Positions 26,501 through 37,937 of a DNA stretch of 64,000 bases are shown piece after piece. The notes beneath the pieces are model-generated. The model saw nothing but the letters and a program-made list of their open reading frames with translations, did not search any database and had not been told where the DNA came from. A program made the translations under genes and the position numbers. Numbering within the stretch: the stretch's first letter is position 1; each line of letters begins with the position of its first letter. The stretch lies in NCBI GenBank assembly GCA_964057225.1, contig OZ059900.1, forward strand, positions 9,424,001 through 9,488,000, written 5' to 3'. This DNA is from Auanema rhodensis. Its lineage: Eukaryota; Animalia; Nematoda.

Positions 26501-29500
26501 CGTGATGTTATGCTCGCTTATGGAAGATTACCTCCTGATGCTATTCCTGGAAACTTTGCTGACAGAGAATGTCTATTAGGAATGGAATTCTCTGGACGTC
26601 TGAAGGATGGATCTAGACTCATGGGTATTCTTCCTGCCCAAGCCCTTGCTACATCTGTGATCGTTGATCGTGATTATGCATGGGAAGTGCCTGATGCTTG
26701 GTCTCTCTCAGAGGCTTGTACTGTTCCCGTCGTTTACACTACTGCTTACTATGCTCTGGTTTGCCGTGGCCGCATCCGCAAGGGTGATAAAGTACTCATT
26801 CATGGAGGAGCCGGAGGAGTCGGTCAAGCTGCTATCGCTGTAGCTCTCAGCTATGGTTGTGAAGTTTACACCACCGTTGGATCTAAGGATAAGAGAGACT
26901 ACTTGAAAAAGAAGTTCCCTCAACTGGAAGAACATCATTTCGCTAATTCCCGTTCTGCTGATTTTGAGCTTCACATTCGTCAACATACTCGTGGAAGAGG
27001 AGTTGATGTTGTTTTGAACTCACTTGCCAACGAAATGCTTCAAGCTTCTCTGCGTTGCTTGGCTCGTCACGGTCGTTTCCTAGAAATCGGTAAGGTCGAC
27101 TTAGCCCAGAATACCGCTTTGGGAATGTCCAAGTTGCTCGACAATGTGTCCGTTCATGGAATTCTACTCGACTCTATCATGGATCCAACTGTAGGAGATA
27201 TTCGCGAATGGAAGGAAGTAGCCAGACTTCTCGGCGAAGGAATTGCAAATGGAACAGTTCAACCACTTCCAGCTTCCATCTTTGGTGCTGATAAGGCAGA
27301 AGAGGCTTTCCGTTTCATGTCTGCTGGAAAGCACATTGGTAAAGTTGTCATGGAAATTCGTGAAGAAGAAAGTCAGAAGAAATGCTTACCATCGACCATT
27401 TCCGTTAATGCCATCTGCAGAACTCTCTGCCATCCACAACACGTCTATCTGATTACTGGAGGATTAGGAGGATTCGGATTGGAGCTTGCACAATGGTTGA
27501 TTAACAGAGGTGCTCGTAAACTTGTTCTCACTTCTCGTGCCGGTATTCGAACTGGATATCAAGCTCGCTGTGTTCACTTCTGGAGAAGAACTGGAATTTC
27601 TGTACTTGTCTCTACTCAAAACATTGTTAATGTTACTGATTCTGATGAATTAGTCAGACAATGCCAGTCCATGGGCACTATTGGTGGTGTGTTCCATCTT
27701 GCTATGGTTCTTCGCGATTGCTTGTTTGAAAATCAAAACATCAAAAACTTCCAAGATGCTGCCGAAGCTAAATATTGGGGTACTCAGAACCTTGATGCTT
27801 CAACCAGAAGACTTTGCGATGATAATCTCCGTTGGTTCGTCGTATTTTCTTCAATTACTTCCGGCAGAGGAAATGCTGGACAAACTAACTATGGTTGGTC
27901 TAACTCTACTATGGAGCGTATCATTGAACATCGTCGTGAGGATGGATACGCTGGAATGGCCATTCAATGGGGAGCTATTGGAGATGTCGGAGTCATTCTC
28001 GAGAATATGGGAGATAATAACACTGTTGTTGGAGGAACACTACCTCAAAGGTTTGAAAGTGTTACAATTGAATTGATCTAATTATGAATTTTCAGAATGC
28101 CATCCTGTTTAGCTGCTTTGGACTGTTTCTTGAGTTGGAACCACCCTGTTGTCTCTTCCTTTATCAAGGCTGATTTGGGACAAAAGAAGGCCGCTGGAGG
28201 TGGAAATCTGCTTCAAACTATTGCACACATTTTGGGAGTTAACGACATTTCTCAACTGAACCCTGATGCCAACTTGGGAGATCTTGGCCTGGATTCTTTG
28301 ATGGGTGTTGAGATCAAGCAAGCTCTTGAAAGAGATTATGACATCGTTCTTTCAATGAAAGACATTCGTACTCTTACACTCAATAAACTCCAGCAAATGG
28401 CTGAATCTGGTGGTCAAGGATCCACAGCTCTTCAACCAACAGAGCTTGACATGAAAAAGGTACATTTATATGACATAGACCTGTACTAATACCAAACTTT
28501 CAGCAAGGAGAACTTGAATCACAGGCATTAACTGTCGAGCAACTTGAAAAGCAAATGAATCAATTATTCAAAATGAGAGTTGATGTCAATGATCTTGATC
28601 CTCAAGATATTGTTGTGAAATGCAACAAGGTAATCAGATTAATAGAATAGCCCATATAATATATTTTTCATTTGCAGGTAGAGGAAGGACCAGTTACCTT
28701 CTTTGTTCATTCCATTGAAGGAATTGCCACTCCATTGAAAAAGGTCATGAGCAAATGCGTATTCCCTGCTTATTGCTTCCAATCCACCAAGGATGTTCCT
28801 CAAGATTCCATCGAAAGCGTTGCCAAATGCTACATTCGAGAGATGAGAAAGGTTCAACCAGAAGGTCCATACAGAATTGTTGGATATTCTTACGGAGCTT
28901 GTATTGGATTTGAAATGGCCTGCATTCTTCAAAAGACTCTTGGAGAGAACGCTGTCGAGCGTTTGATCCTTCTTGACGGTTCTCATTTGTATATGCAAAC
29001 ATACAGAAACGTAAGTTATAATTCTCTTGAAATGCTTCATGGTTTTTTCTTGTTTTAGGTTTATCGTATGGCTTTCGGAGTTACTGGTGATACATTGGTC
29101 AACAATCCATTGTTCGAATCTGAAATTATGTGTGCTATGACTCTTCGTTTTGCTAACGTTGACTACAAGAAGTTCCGCGTTGAGCTTCTCCAGCAATCTG
29201 GCTTCAAGGCTCGTGTCCAGAAGGTCGTTGAAACTGTAATGACCACTGGATTATTCAAATCTCCTGAAACTGTAGCTTTCGCTTGCGAAGCTATGCATGC
29301 CAAGTTCTTAATGGCTGACAAGTGAGAAAAAAAACAAAATGACAATTCTCATCCAATTAATTCCAGATACACTCCTCAGACCAAATTCAATGGACACATT
29401 ACTCTTTTGAGAGCTGAACAAGGAGCAGCCCGTGAAGAAGATGTCGGTGAAGACTATGGAATCAGCAAAGTATCAGATGACTCTAAAGTATTTGTTGTGG

Positions 29501-29592
29501 AAGGTGATCACGATACATTCGTACAAGGAAAAAGTTCAGCTAAGACTGTAGCTATTATCAATGACTTAATTAAGGAATCCTATAGTTCATAA
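20562..29592 (+). CDS. fasn-1: Type I fatty acid synthase (KS-MAT-DH-pseudoMT-ER-KR-ACP-TE)
   Basis: KS DTACSSS and EAHGTGT; MAT GHSTG; [12 protein letters not shown]; [14 protein letters not shown]; [11 protein letters not shown]; ACP DLGLDSL; TE GYSYG and GDH; TTTTCAG acceptor ~20 nt before the ATG. Confidence 0.98.
20680..20802 (+). repeat. 41-nt direct repeat (82-nt period) in fasn-1 intron 1
   Basis: TTCCATTAAAAAAT.AAAAA.AGT.CATTTATCACTAATTG at 20680-20720 and 20762-20802. Confidence 0.8.
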
Positions 29593-30334
29593 TAATTTAT
29601 ACTGTTGTTTGTTATATTATCATCAGCTATTGTCATACTCTCTTTATAATTTGGATAATAATACAAATACTAATCTGAGCTTTTCTACTTGTAGCATTTA
29701 TTGTGATTTTCTTTTTCATTTCCCGTGGTGTCATCTGATTATGTGATTGCTCGTTTAATACGGAAATTTCAGTCTCACTATCTCATTGAGTTTATCCGAA
29801 TTGCTTTTATCTGTTAATGTTCTGCGAATTCGTAATATATCTTATCTCATCAGTATAATAAAGGAGATTTTTGTGATTTTATTCTTATTTTCTAACAAAC
29901 AATATACAGGCTGAAACTAAAAGTTTACTCATTCTTTGAGATCATGAAAAAAAGCAAAGAAATGAGGCACGCAGGAAATTACTATGTGTACAACACTTTA
30001 AATTAAACAAACTGGGACAGTTTTTGAGAACTACTCGTAATAAATACATCAGTCATGAACAGAAAAACTAAAGTTAGCTTTCAAAACTTAAAAGAAAATA
30101 TATTTTTATTAATATTACTTAAGAACTGTTCGGGGATAAGGAATGTGTAAAGAAAAATACGACTCTAGAACAGACGGCTACTCTCTACAAGCAGTATATA
30201 TATTACAGCATAAATTAAGGGGAAGGATGAAAGGAAATCGGCTGGCTAAATATGTGCATATTTACATAATACTGTCATTTCTTTGTTGTAACTTTAATTA
30301 TTACATAGGACGTCCGACAGCTTTGACTTAAGGT

Positions 30335-32201
30335 CTAGTGATCATCATCAGAAGATGGTGAAGTTTCGCGTATGTCCGACTCGCACTCGGATTCTGAGAA
30401 CTCGGGAATTTCACCAACAAGTGGACTTCCAACGCTATCGTCACATTCAATATCAACATCAGCAAGCTCTGCAGGCTCTGCTTGCAATTCTTCTTCCTCT
30501 TCATCTTCGTCTTCCTCTTCTTCTTCATCTTCATCTTCCTCTTCATCTTCATCTTCATCATCCATATCATAATCTTCCAAATCTGCCTCTTCCTCATCAT
30601 TCTCACTCTGAACAGAAATGTGTGAAATGGGTAATCAATTTAGAAGTTTTTTACAGAAAAAAAATGTTATTACCTCTGAAAGCATGTCAATGCTTATTCC
30701 ATCATCTTGACTAGCTTCTTTAATCTTAAAAATAAATGTGTCCACTCTGTTTACTTTCATATACTTACTTGAAATATTTGATTGTGTCTCTCCAAAGTAT
30801 TGAATTTGCGTGATTTTGAAGTAGTCAAACCATAGAGGTATAGAAGACCTACATTTATAAAAAACCTTCTTGTTGTCTTCAAAATATTATTGAAAAACAT
30901 ACGTGAATCTCCAACTGAGCTACTTGTTATTTCCATATCTCCGCTATACCAAGCTTTAATGACAGTCCATGTCATATTTTCCATGTCCAACTTCCATACG
31001 GCATGAGCAGGATGACCTGCATTCGTCTTGCCAAAAGCAAAAACACACGCTGTAACAGTCTCATTAGAAAAAACAGAATCTCAGCTAATTATATTACGTT
31101 TTCCACAGATTAATCTTTTGTATACCATAGAAGTAATTGATTGGCCATCAGGAAAGCCGTTTGATGGACAAGGATACAATCTGATGGTTCGATGCTGAAA
31201 ACATTAATTTTCAATTGTTTTTACAACTCAAACTTACTATGCGTATAATCGGTACATATCTGACTGAAACTAGCTTATCTGTACATAAAACATTATGTTT
31301 ACCACGTACAAAGGAGAAAAACTTTCTGAAGATAAGCAAAATTAGCGCAATTTTTGAAAACTTTACAACTTGCGAATAAAGAAAACATGTTCAGCTAATC
31401 TGAGTGAAGTATTTCTGTAAACTCTGTAGTTAGGTGCCAGGAACAGATCACCGTTTATTGGAATTTGAAACATCTGTAAATAGGCATGTTTATGAAAGTC
31501 TTTCTCGAGCTTTAAAAAACCTGGAAGTGTGGTCGCGTGACCAGCATCAAATCATCATAGTCATCTCTTTGCGTAATGGTATATTCTGCTAAAACTTCAA
31601 TGTGTGTTTCCAACAATTCTCTCCAATTATTGATTTGTACACCATCCTCATCAAAATCATAGCGCATAAAGTAAACCTGCAAATTAACATAACAACGTGT
31701 GTAAACAGCTATACGTATATAGTTAAAAAACTATAATATTTTTAGATTAAGTATTACCTCTGTCTTATCATCACGAACTATTTCACCGGATATAACAAGA
31801 CGCGTTCCATCGTGAGGATTCGCCATATTAGATACAAACATTTTTTTCATTGTGCGCTCTACAATGAGAAGTTAGGAAATATATGCCTTATAATAATTTA
31901 CCAGGCTTATCAATCGGTATAACATTCACAATATTTCTCTTTGCAATATCAAAGACAACAATGTGTGGACGATCCGCCACTTGTTGGAAATGAGTCTCAT
32001 CAGCACGAGGATCAAAAAGAAAGTACAATAACTCTTTGCAGACAGATTCTCGAACATCCGAATATTTGACAGATCTCCATTCCAAAAACTCCTTATCAAA
32101 ATTATTTACCGCTTCGTCATTGTGAATCGTTATATTTTCTCCTTCTAAGCAAAACCTAAACGTATCTCTTTAGAACCAATATACTAAACTAATATTTACA
32201 T
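30335..32201 (-). CDS. Unknown protein, possibly beta-propeller/Kelch-like, with long Asp/Glu-rich tail (paralog 1)
   Basis: Multi-exon ORF chain; WRSVKYSDVRESVCKELLYFLFDPR, PHIVVFDI, GTRLV, WKLDMENMTW shared with paralog 2; start codon split AT|G by intron 32199-32156. Confidence 0.75.
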
Positions 32202-33532
32202 TTTCTTCAATTTCTTTCAAAATTCTTGAAAGTCCAAAATATCAATAAACTGATCTGCAAAATGCATAGAATTTTAGGTAATTTATAGATAATCTAATAT
32301 GAAAAAGAACATAAAGAGAAGAACAAGAAAAAATATAAAGATACGAACAATAGCTCTTTCTGAATATAAAATATGCGTACTTGAACTAATTATTCAGAAC
32401 ATTCAAAGTTAAAGATTCTGAGAAAAAAAGATATCTTTCAATGCAAAATGTTGGTTTAAGCTGTAGTTGAAGCAATAAATCCTATTTAAATCAAATACAT
32501 TGCAAATAAAAAAGTTGAAGCTGAGAATTATGTGTAAAAACGTTTTTGGTTTAATTTTCAAGAGAAAATCATTGAAAAAGTAATACAAATAAAAAGAATG
32601 GACGCGAAGGAAGAAGATATAGTCAATCAATTCTTTTGTAAATGGTAGGTGAGAGCAGATAGACGACCAAGCATGCTAGGTCAACGCATCGATGGCATAT
32701 GGCGATAACAATAAGTGCTTTGAGGTGGAGCTTCGAGCAAATGTAATGTCAGCTTTGTGCCATCCCACATGACGTAATCCGACAGAAAAGTTTTAAAGGA
32801 GGAATCTGAGCATATTGCGGATAACTTATATACAATGTTTATAATAAAATCACAGAGTATCTCTTGGGTAAATACATCAAATGCATCTGAGAATCAGATT
32901 TAGTCAAAGGATGATATTTAATTTGTGTTATATCTCTAGGCAAATGTTCATGCAATCTATTAAATCACTTATTTTATAAGTTTAAACATTCAAAGTTGCC
33001 TACACTACAACCAAAAATATTGTAAAATACGTCTGAGAAGCGTTTTAAAATGGTTGCATCCAAATTGCTCGTGCATAGATAACATCATGTGCTATACTAA
33101 ATGTTAAAAAACGTCAATTGAAAAGTTTATGTTTGAATGCATTTGAATGAAAGACTAATTTTTAAGCTTTAAGCTATAAACATATATCATGAGTGTTAAA
33201 CTATGTCAGCTTCAAAAATCGTCTGACAACTACTTAAGCGCGCATTTAACATATAATTATCTAACTATGCATGTTAATAACCTCATTTACTACAAAATCA
33301 AACTGAATAGCTTACATATAGTTATATATTGGAAATGTAATCAAATGTTGTTAGAAGTGCTAACTTTATTTATAATTTAATTTTTCAATTGATTAAGCCG
33401 AACAGCTCATTTTTCATTATAGCTATCTCCGATATTGGGGAACATTAAGTTTGTAAACTCATTGTAGAATTCAATAAACACTTTGAAAATAATTTCATGA
33501 GCTATGATTGTTCATAATACTCTTAACGGAAA

Positions 33533-33979
33533 ATATCGTTAGCATTGGATAAGAATATATTCATAATTACTATTGTTAGTTTCACCTAACCTTCTGTTGC
33601 ACCAAGCCAATTGTTTCATTACCTATAGACTCATTGTTTTACCAGATACTCGTATTAATAATCAATGTAAAGCAATTTACGTTGATATTTTACTGTGGAT
33701 AGGTTTGAGTATCATAATCCTAAAATTATGTCAAGAAATAAGCTGTAGACCAGATTGATATGTGTCGATTTGTGACGCTAAAACCGTCGCGGCTCACATC
33801 TAATTGAGCTGAGATGTAGGTCATACTTAATTCTCTAATCTTGCTCTTCCATGAGACGGTACAGGTGTTAACAAACGATCTCAATGGGAAAACTTCCCAT
33901 CTGCATCTTTCTTGAGTTGACGTATGGGGAAACGCTTACTTTAAAAGTAGGTCAAGATATATCGATGTTAATCTTTTGG
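33533..33979 (+). ncRNA. Candidate structured non-coding element, copy 1 (class unknown; ends may extend to ~33390-34260)
   Basis: Seven blocks collinear with 38756-39267; hairpins including ATCAATGTAAA-GCAA-TTTACGTTGAT (33661-33686; GNRA loop and U-G pair only on + strand). Confidence 0.55.
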
Positions 33980-35489
33980 CAGTACTCCAAATAGAGAAAT
34001 AAGGTAGTGTTTGTATACATAATTATGTATCAAGAGCCCAATCGATTTGAGGGTCTCCCACAAAGAAAATTATAAACTGACCTTACTACATCTTGGCTAC
34101 TTAAGTTCCTAATATAAGATTGCTTAAGAAGTTCCTTTCCGGGGATATTACTTTTTCTTCTATGATAATTGATTTTGAGCTGGCAGCTTCCTTTCCTTGA
34201 TCCGATAATGTCTGCAAAGAGAGGTTCATAGTTAAAAGAAGCAGGACGTTCATTAAGTAGAAAAAAATTTTAATCTTTAGCTTTGAAAGAGTTTTGCATT
34301 CAAATACAAAATTGCCGTTGTATTCAAAGTTCGTTTTTATTGAAAAATAAAAATAAAAAAATTATGGATTATACTCTAAACTAACAACGAATATAGAAAC
34401 GATCAAGTGAAAACTAATAAGAAAATAATTCTTCAGAAACAAGAGATCCTTATTCATTTCTCATTTTTCTTCTAAATACAGAACGTTCTCACATTTCTTA
34501 CAAACGCTTCGCTAAGAATATGGGTTTGCGTTCGTATAGACTAGGTTAGACATGAAACATGAGAATTTTTCATTTGAATAATCGACATAAACTCAAGATT
34601 TGTGCTACAACCGAGAACGATTTGATGAAAATATTGAATATACCTCGTGTTTTGATCTTATAGCAGAATTCGGCAATATTTGATAAATTGTGGTTGAGTA
34701 TATCTAAAACTTAAAAGTTTAAAAAATGTTGGATTAAATAACCTTGAAATATACTAGAAGAAGAATTAAAGTTGAGAAAATTATACTTGTGAAACCTTCT
34801 CTGAGCAATTATTGATACGTTAAGTCTGAAATATAACGTTCCTTAAGAAAATATTGAGCAAAGGAAGTTTGAGAAAAGAAAAAGAACGCTTGCACTAAGC
34901 CGTCGCTCCACACGTGAATGCACGATTCAATGGGATGCAGAAGAAGGATAAATTGATTTTTTGGCTGAGAGCCGTTGGCATGTGAGCGTCATGCTATTAG
35001 AATGATGGGATTCTATATTTGGATATAAAAACTCATTTAATACTCAATAACGTAAAATAAAAGCACATTTCTTCAAATTTGAACTGGAAGACTGATTCAA
35101 ACATAGGAAAAGAATTCGCAATAGAGCGTACATTGCGGACAGTTTCTATTGATCGTTGAATACGTAAGAATATTGTTCTACATCTCACGTATTTATCAAA
35201 TCCCTGTGTTTTTATTTTGTCTTTAATTTTTTCTGTTTTTAAATTCAGTTTGGAGAACTTTTTTCCAAATGATTTATTACTTCTAGGAAACAAAAAATGG
35301 ACAACAATTTGAGGAATCATTAACAGACACAGAGATCAAACTAAATGAAATGATACGCGTAGACAAATGATATCTGAAAAGAAAGATCATGCGGGGAACC
35401 TGGATTAGTTTGATTAATATTGAACTGAAATTTGAATCGTTTTCATATATATTTAAAGCCTAATAGAAATTTGCATGCATTGAAACAGG

Positions 35490-37323
35490 TTAAATCATAA
35501 AATATCTTCTCAGTCTCAAATCAAAAACTCTTCTGCGTGGACGAAGAGCTGCAAATAGAATATATTATTAGAGAGAGAGAAACGCAATTGTGAAAACCTC
35601 TATTTGCAAGCTCTATAGCTTCTTGAGCTTCAGTTGGATCCTCATCAGAGGAAAGATTGAACTGCAATATTTGGGAATGATTGTAACTATAGTATTGTAG
35701 TATCTTACCTCAAAAATAGCGCTAGATTGATTGACAGACGGAAGAAGAAGAGAAGGAGATTCATCGATATCAGAAAAACCACAGCTGTCATAACGAACTG
35801 GACTGCCATAACTATCATCCCACTTCTCCATATTTTCTACATCCATATCTAAGCCTTCTTCTATCTAAACATCAGATTATGTTTAACAAGTAAAGGTTTT
35901 AAGGGTTCTTTCACCTCATAAATCAGGTTGTAGCGAGTTAATTCGGGAAACTTAGTACTAACATCGTAAAACATACCAAAAACATAAACATTTCCTATAA
36001 ATTTCTATTAAGAAATGCACAAAATATTACTTTTCTTGCCTAAAACTCCTATGTGACAAATGGGATTACAAATATTCTGTGGAAACAAACGGCCAATGCG
36101 TTCCCATCTCATAGAAGCCAAATTCAACTTCCATGTTTCAGGAACTGGACGCTCAGCAGTAGTCATTCCAAACAGAACGATACAATCTTCAATTAATATC
36201 ATTATTATGAAAGCATGCTATATTGAATATTACTCACTTTCCCCGGAATTCATTTTCATGTATGTCATTGAAGAAATTATTTCGCTATCTGGAAAACCTT
36301 GGTTAGGATCAGGACTGAGAAGCAATTTTTCTATCTGAATTTTATTGTCTAGTTAATAGATTGTGCAACTCAATGTACCTTAGGATGGATTCGGTTTATC
36401 TTGAACGTAACTAATCTGCTAAGATCAACTTTATCCTCGGCTGTCGAAGAAAAAATCATAAGCTTTCTGAAACATTATAACTTAATATACACATTCATAT
36501 CAATGTATGCTGACTTGTTTGCAAAAAAGGCTTTTTCAGATACATATACGCGTTCTTGACTATACGAAAACTGTATAGCCTCCATACAGTAACGGCGACA
36601 AGTTGGAACAACATGAATCTAGAAACAATGGCATGACAAAGCATAAAAATGAGCTAACATACAGTATTGTTTGGTCGGGAGAACACTACTATATCACCCG
36701 TATCATTTCTCTGCGTGACAGCATAATCACCATAAACAGTAACGGCATCCTCGAGAAGATGAAAATAGTGTTCTAAACGCAATCCATCAGAAGAAATATC
36801 AATCCTTACTAAGATAACCTGCAAATTATCAATCATGTGTACACATATCTGTTTTGATCAAAACTGACATCTACTCCGGCAGTGAAATGTGATTCACATA
36901 CTACTACAAGACGGGTTCCGCAATAGGGATTAGGTTTTTTGGCAGCATACAGTTTTTTCATTCTTCTCTCTGTAAACAGCAATTTTACTCCGTTATAGCC
37001 AAACGATTATCACCTGCATGAGGAATGGGAATGACAGATACGAAATTTCTCAAACCAACATCGTACACGGCAATATGTGGACTACGATGTGTTCCTTGAT
37101 ACATTGAATTGTCTACACGTGGTTCGAAAAGAAAAAACAGCTTTTGAGTGCATAGTGATTCTTGCACATCAATGAATTTAGTGCCTCTCCAAGGCATAAA
37201 GCGTCGATCGAATTCATTTTCTCCTTCTTCAAGATGAAAAGTAACATCTTTAGCCTCAAGACGAAGCCTATAAGAAAAAAACGTTCAATTTCTTTATTCA
37301 ACTCAATAAGTTTCAACTAACAT
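35490..37323 (-). CDS. Unknown protein, paralog 2 of 30335-32201, shorter acidic region and basic C-terminus
   Basis: WRGTKFIDVQESLCTQKLFFLFEPR, PHIAVYDV, GTRLV, WKLNLASMRW; start codon split AT|G by intron 37321-37268; ends ...RPRRRVFDLRLRRYFMI*. Confidence 0.75.
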
Positions 37324-37937
37324 TTTAAAAATCTAGCAATATTATTACCAAGAGCAAAATCTGCAAAAGAAATTTCGTATACTTGCAGTTTCCAAATATC
37401 AACAATGAGTCAATATTTTTCTAATATTTTGAGGTGACAACCAAACAAAATTTAAAAAAAAAGCAAAACGAAAGAAATAAGAAATCCTTTAAAACAATGT
37501 TATAAATAGAATAAATTATCAATAAATAATTAGATATTTGCTTGTTATTAAAATATATTATTACATCTTCCTAAAATCAATCTATTCTAATAATTCCCGC
37601 CTTTAAAATAGTTGGTCATAGTAAAAAAACATAGCCAAATCACAAATTTCAGACAACGTGCACAAAACAGATAACATTGACAAGATTGGAATTCAAAAAC
37701 TTCAACGTCTGATGTAAAGCTAACTTATATTCCCAGTGAAATAGTAAGTGATTTTGGGTCACACGTAAGATTAGTCAAGTAAAACACTAGAATTTGCTTA
37801 TAATTAACAAACTGCGCTGATTCAACGTGCAGTACTTGATATATATTTCGAAGATTGAATAATAAGAAAACAAGAAATACTGTACAAAAAATGAAAAAAA
37901 AAACAAATGAATTCAGTGAAATAAATATGAGAAATCA

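Noticed and set aside
33948-33979. Similarity of AAGATATATCG to the group I intron S element (AAGAUAUAGUC)
   Set aside because: No matching R element able to form P7 conserved in both copies, and no convincing P/Q pair or exon context.
34890-34995. Sm-site-like GATTTTTTGG with small flanking hairpins (SmY/SL-like)
   Set aside because: No snRNA promoter element or SL sequence seen; stems weak; nearby minus-strand exon-like pieces also give no coherent ORF.
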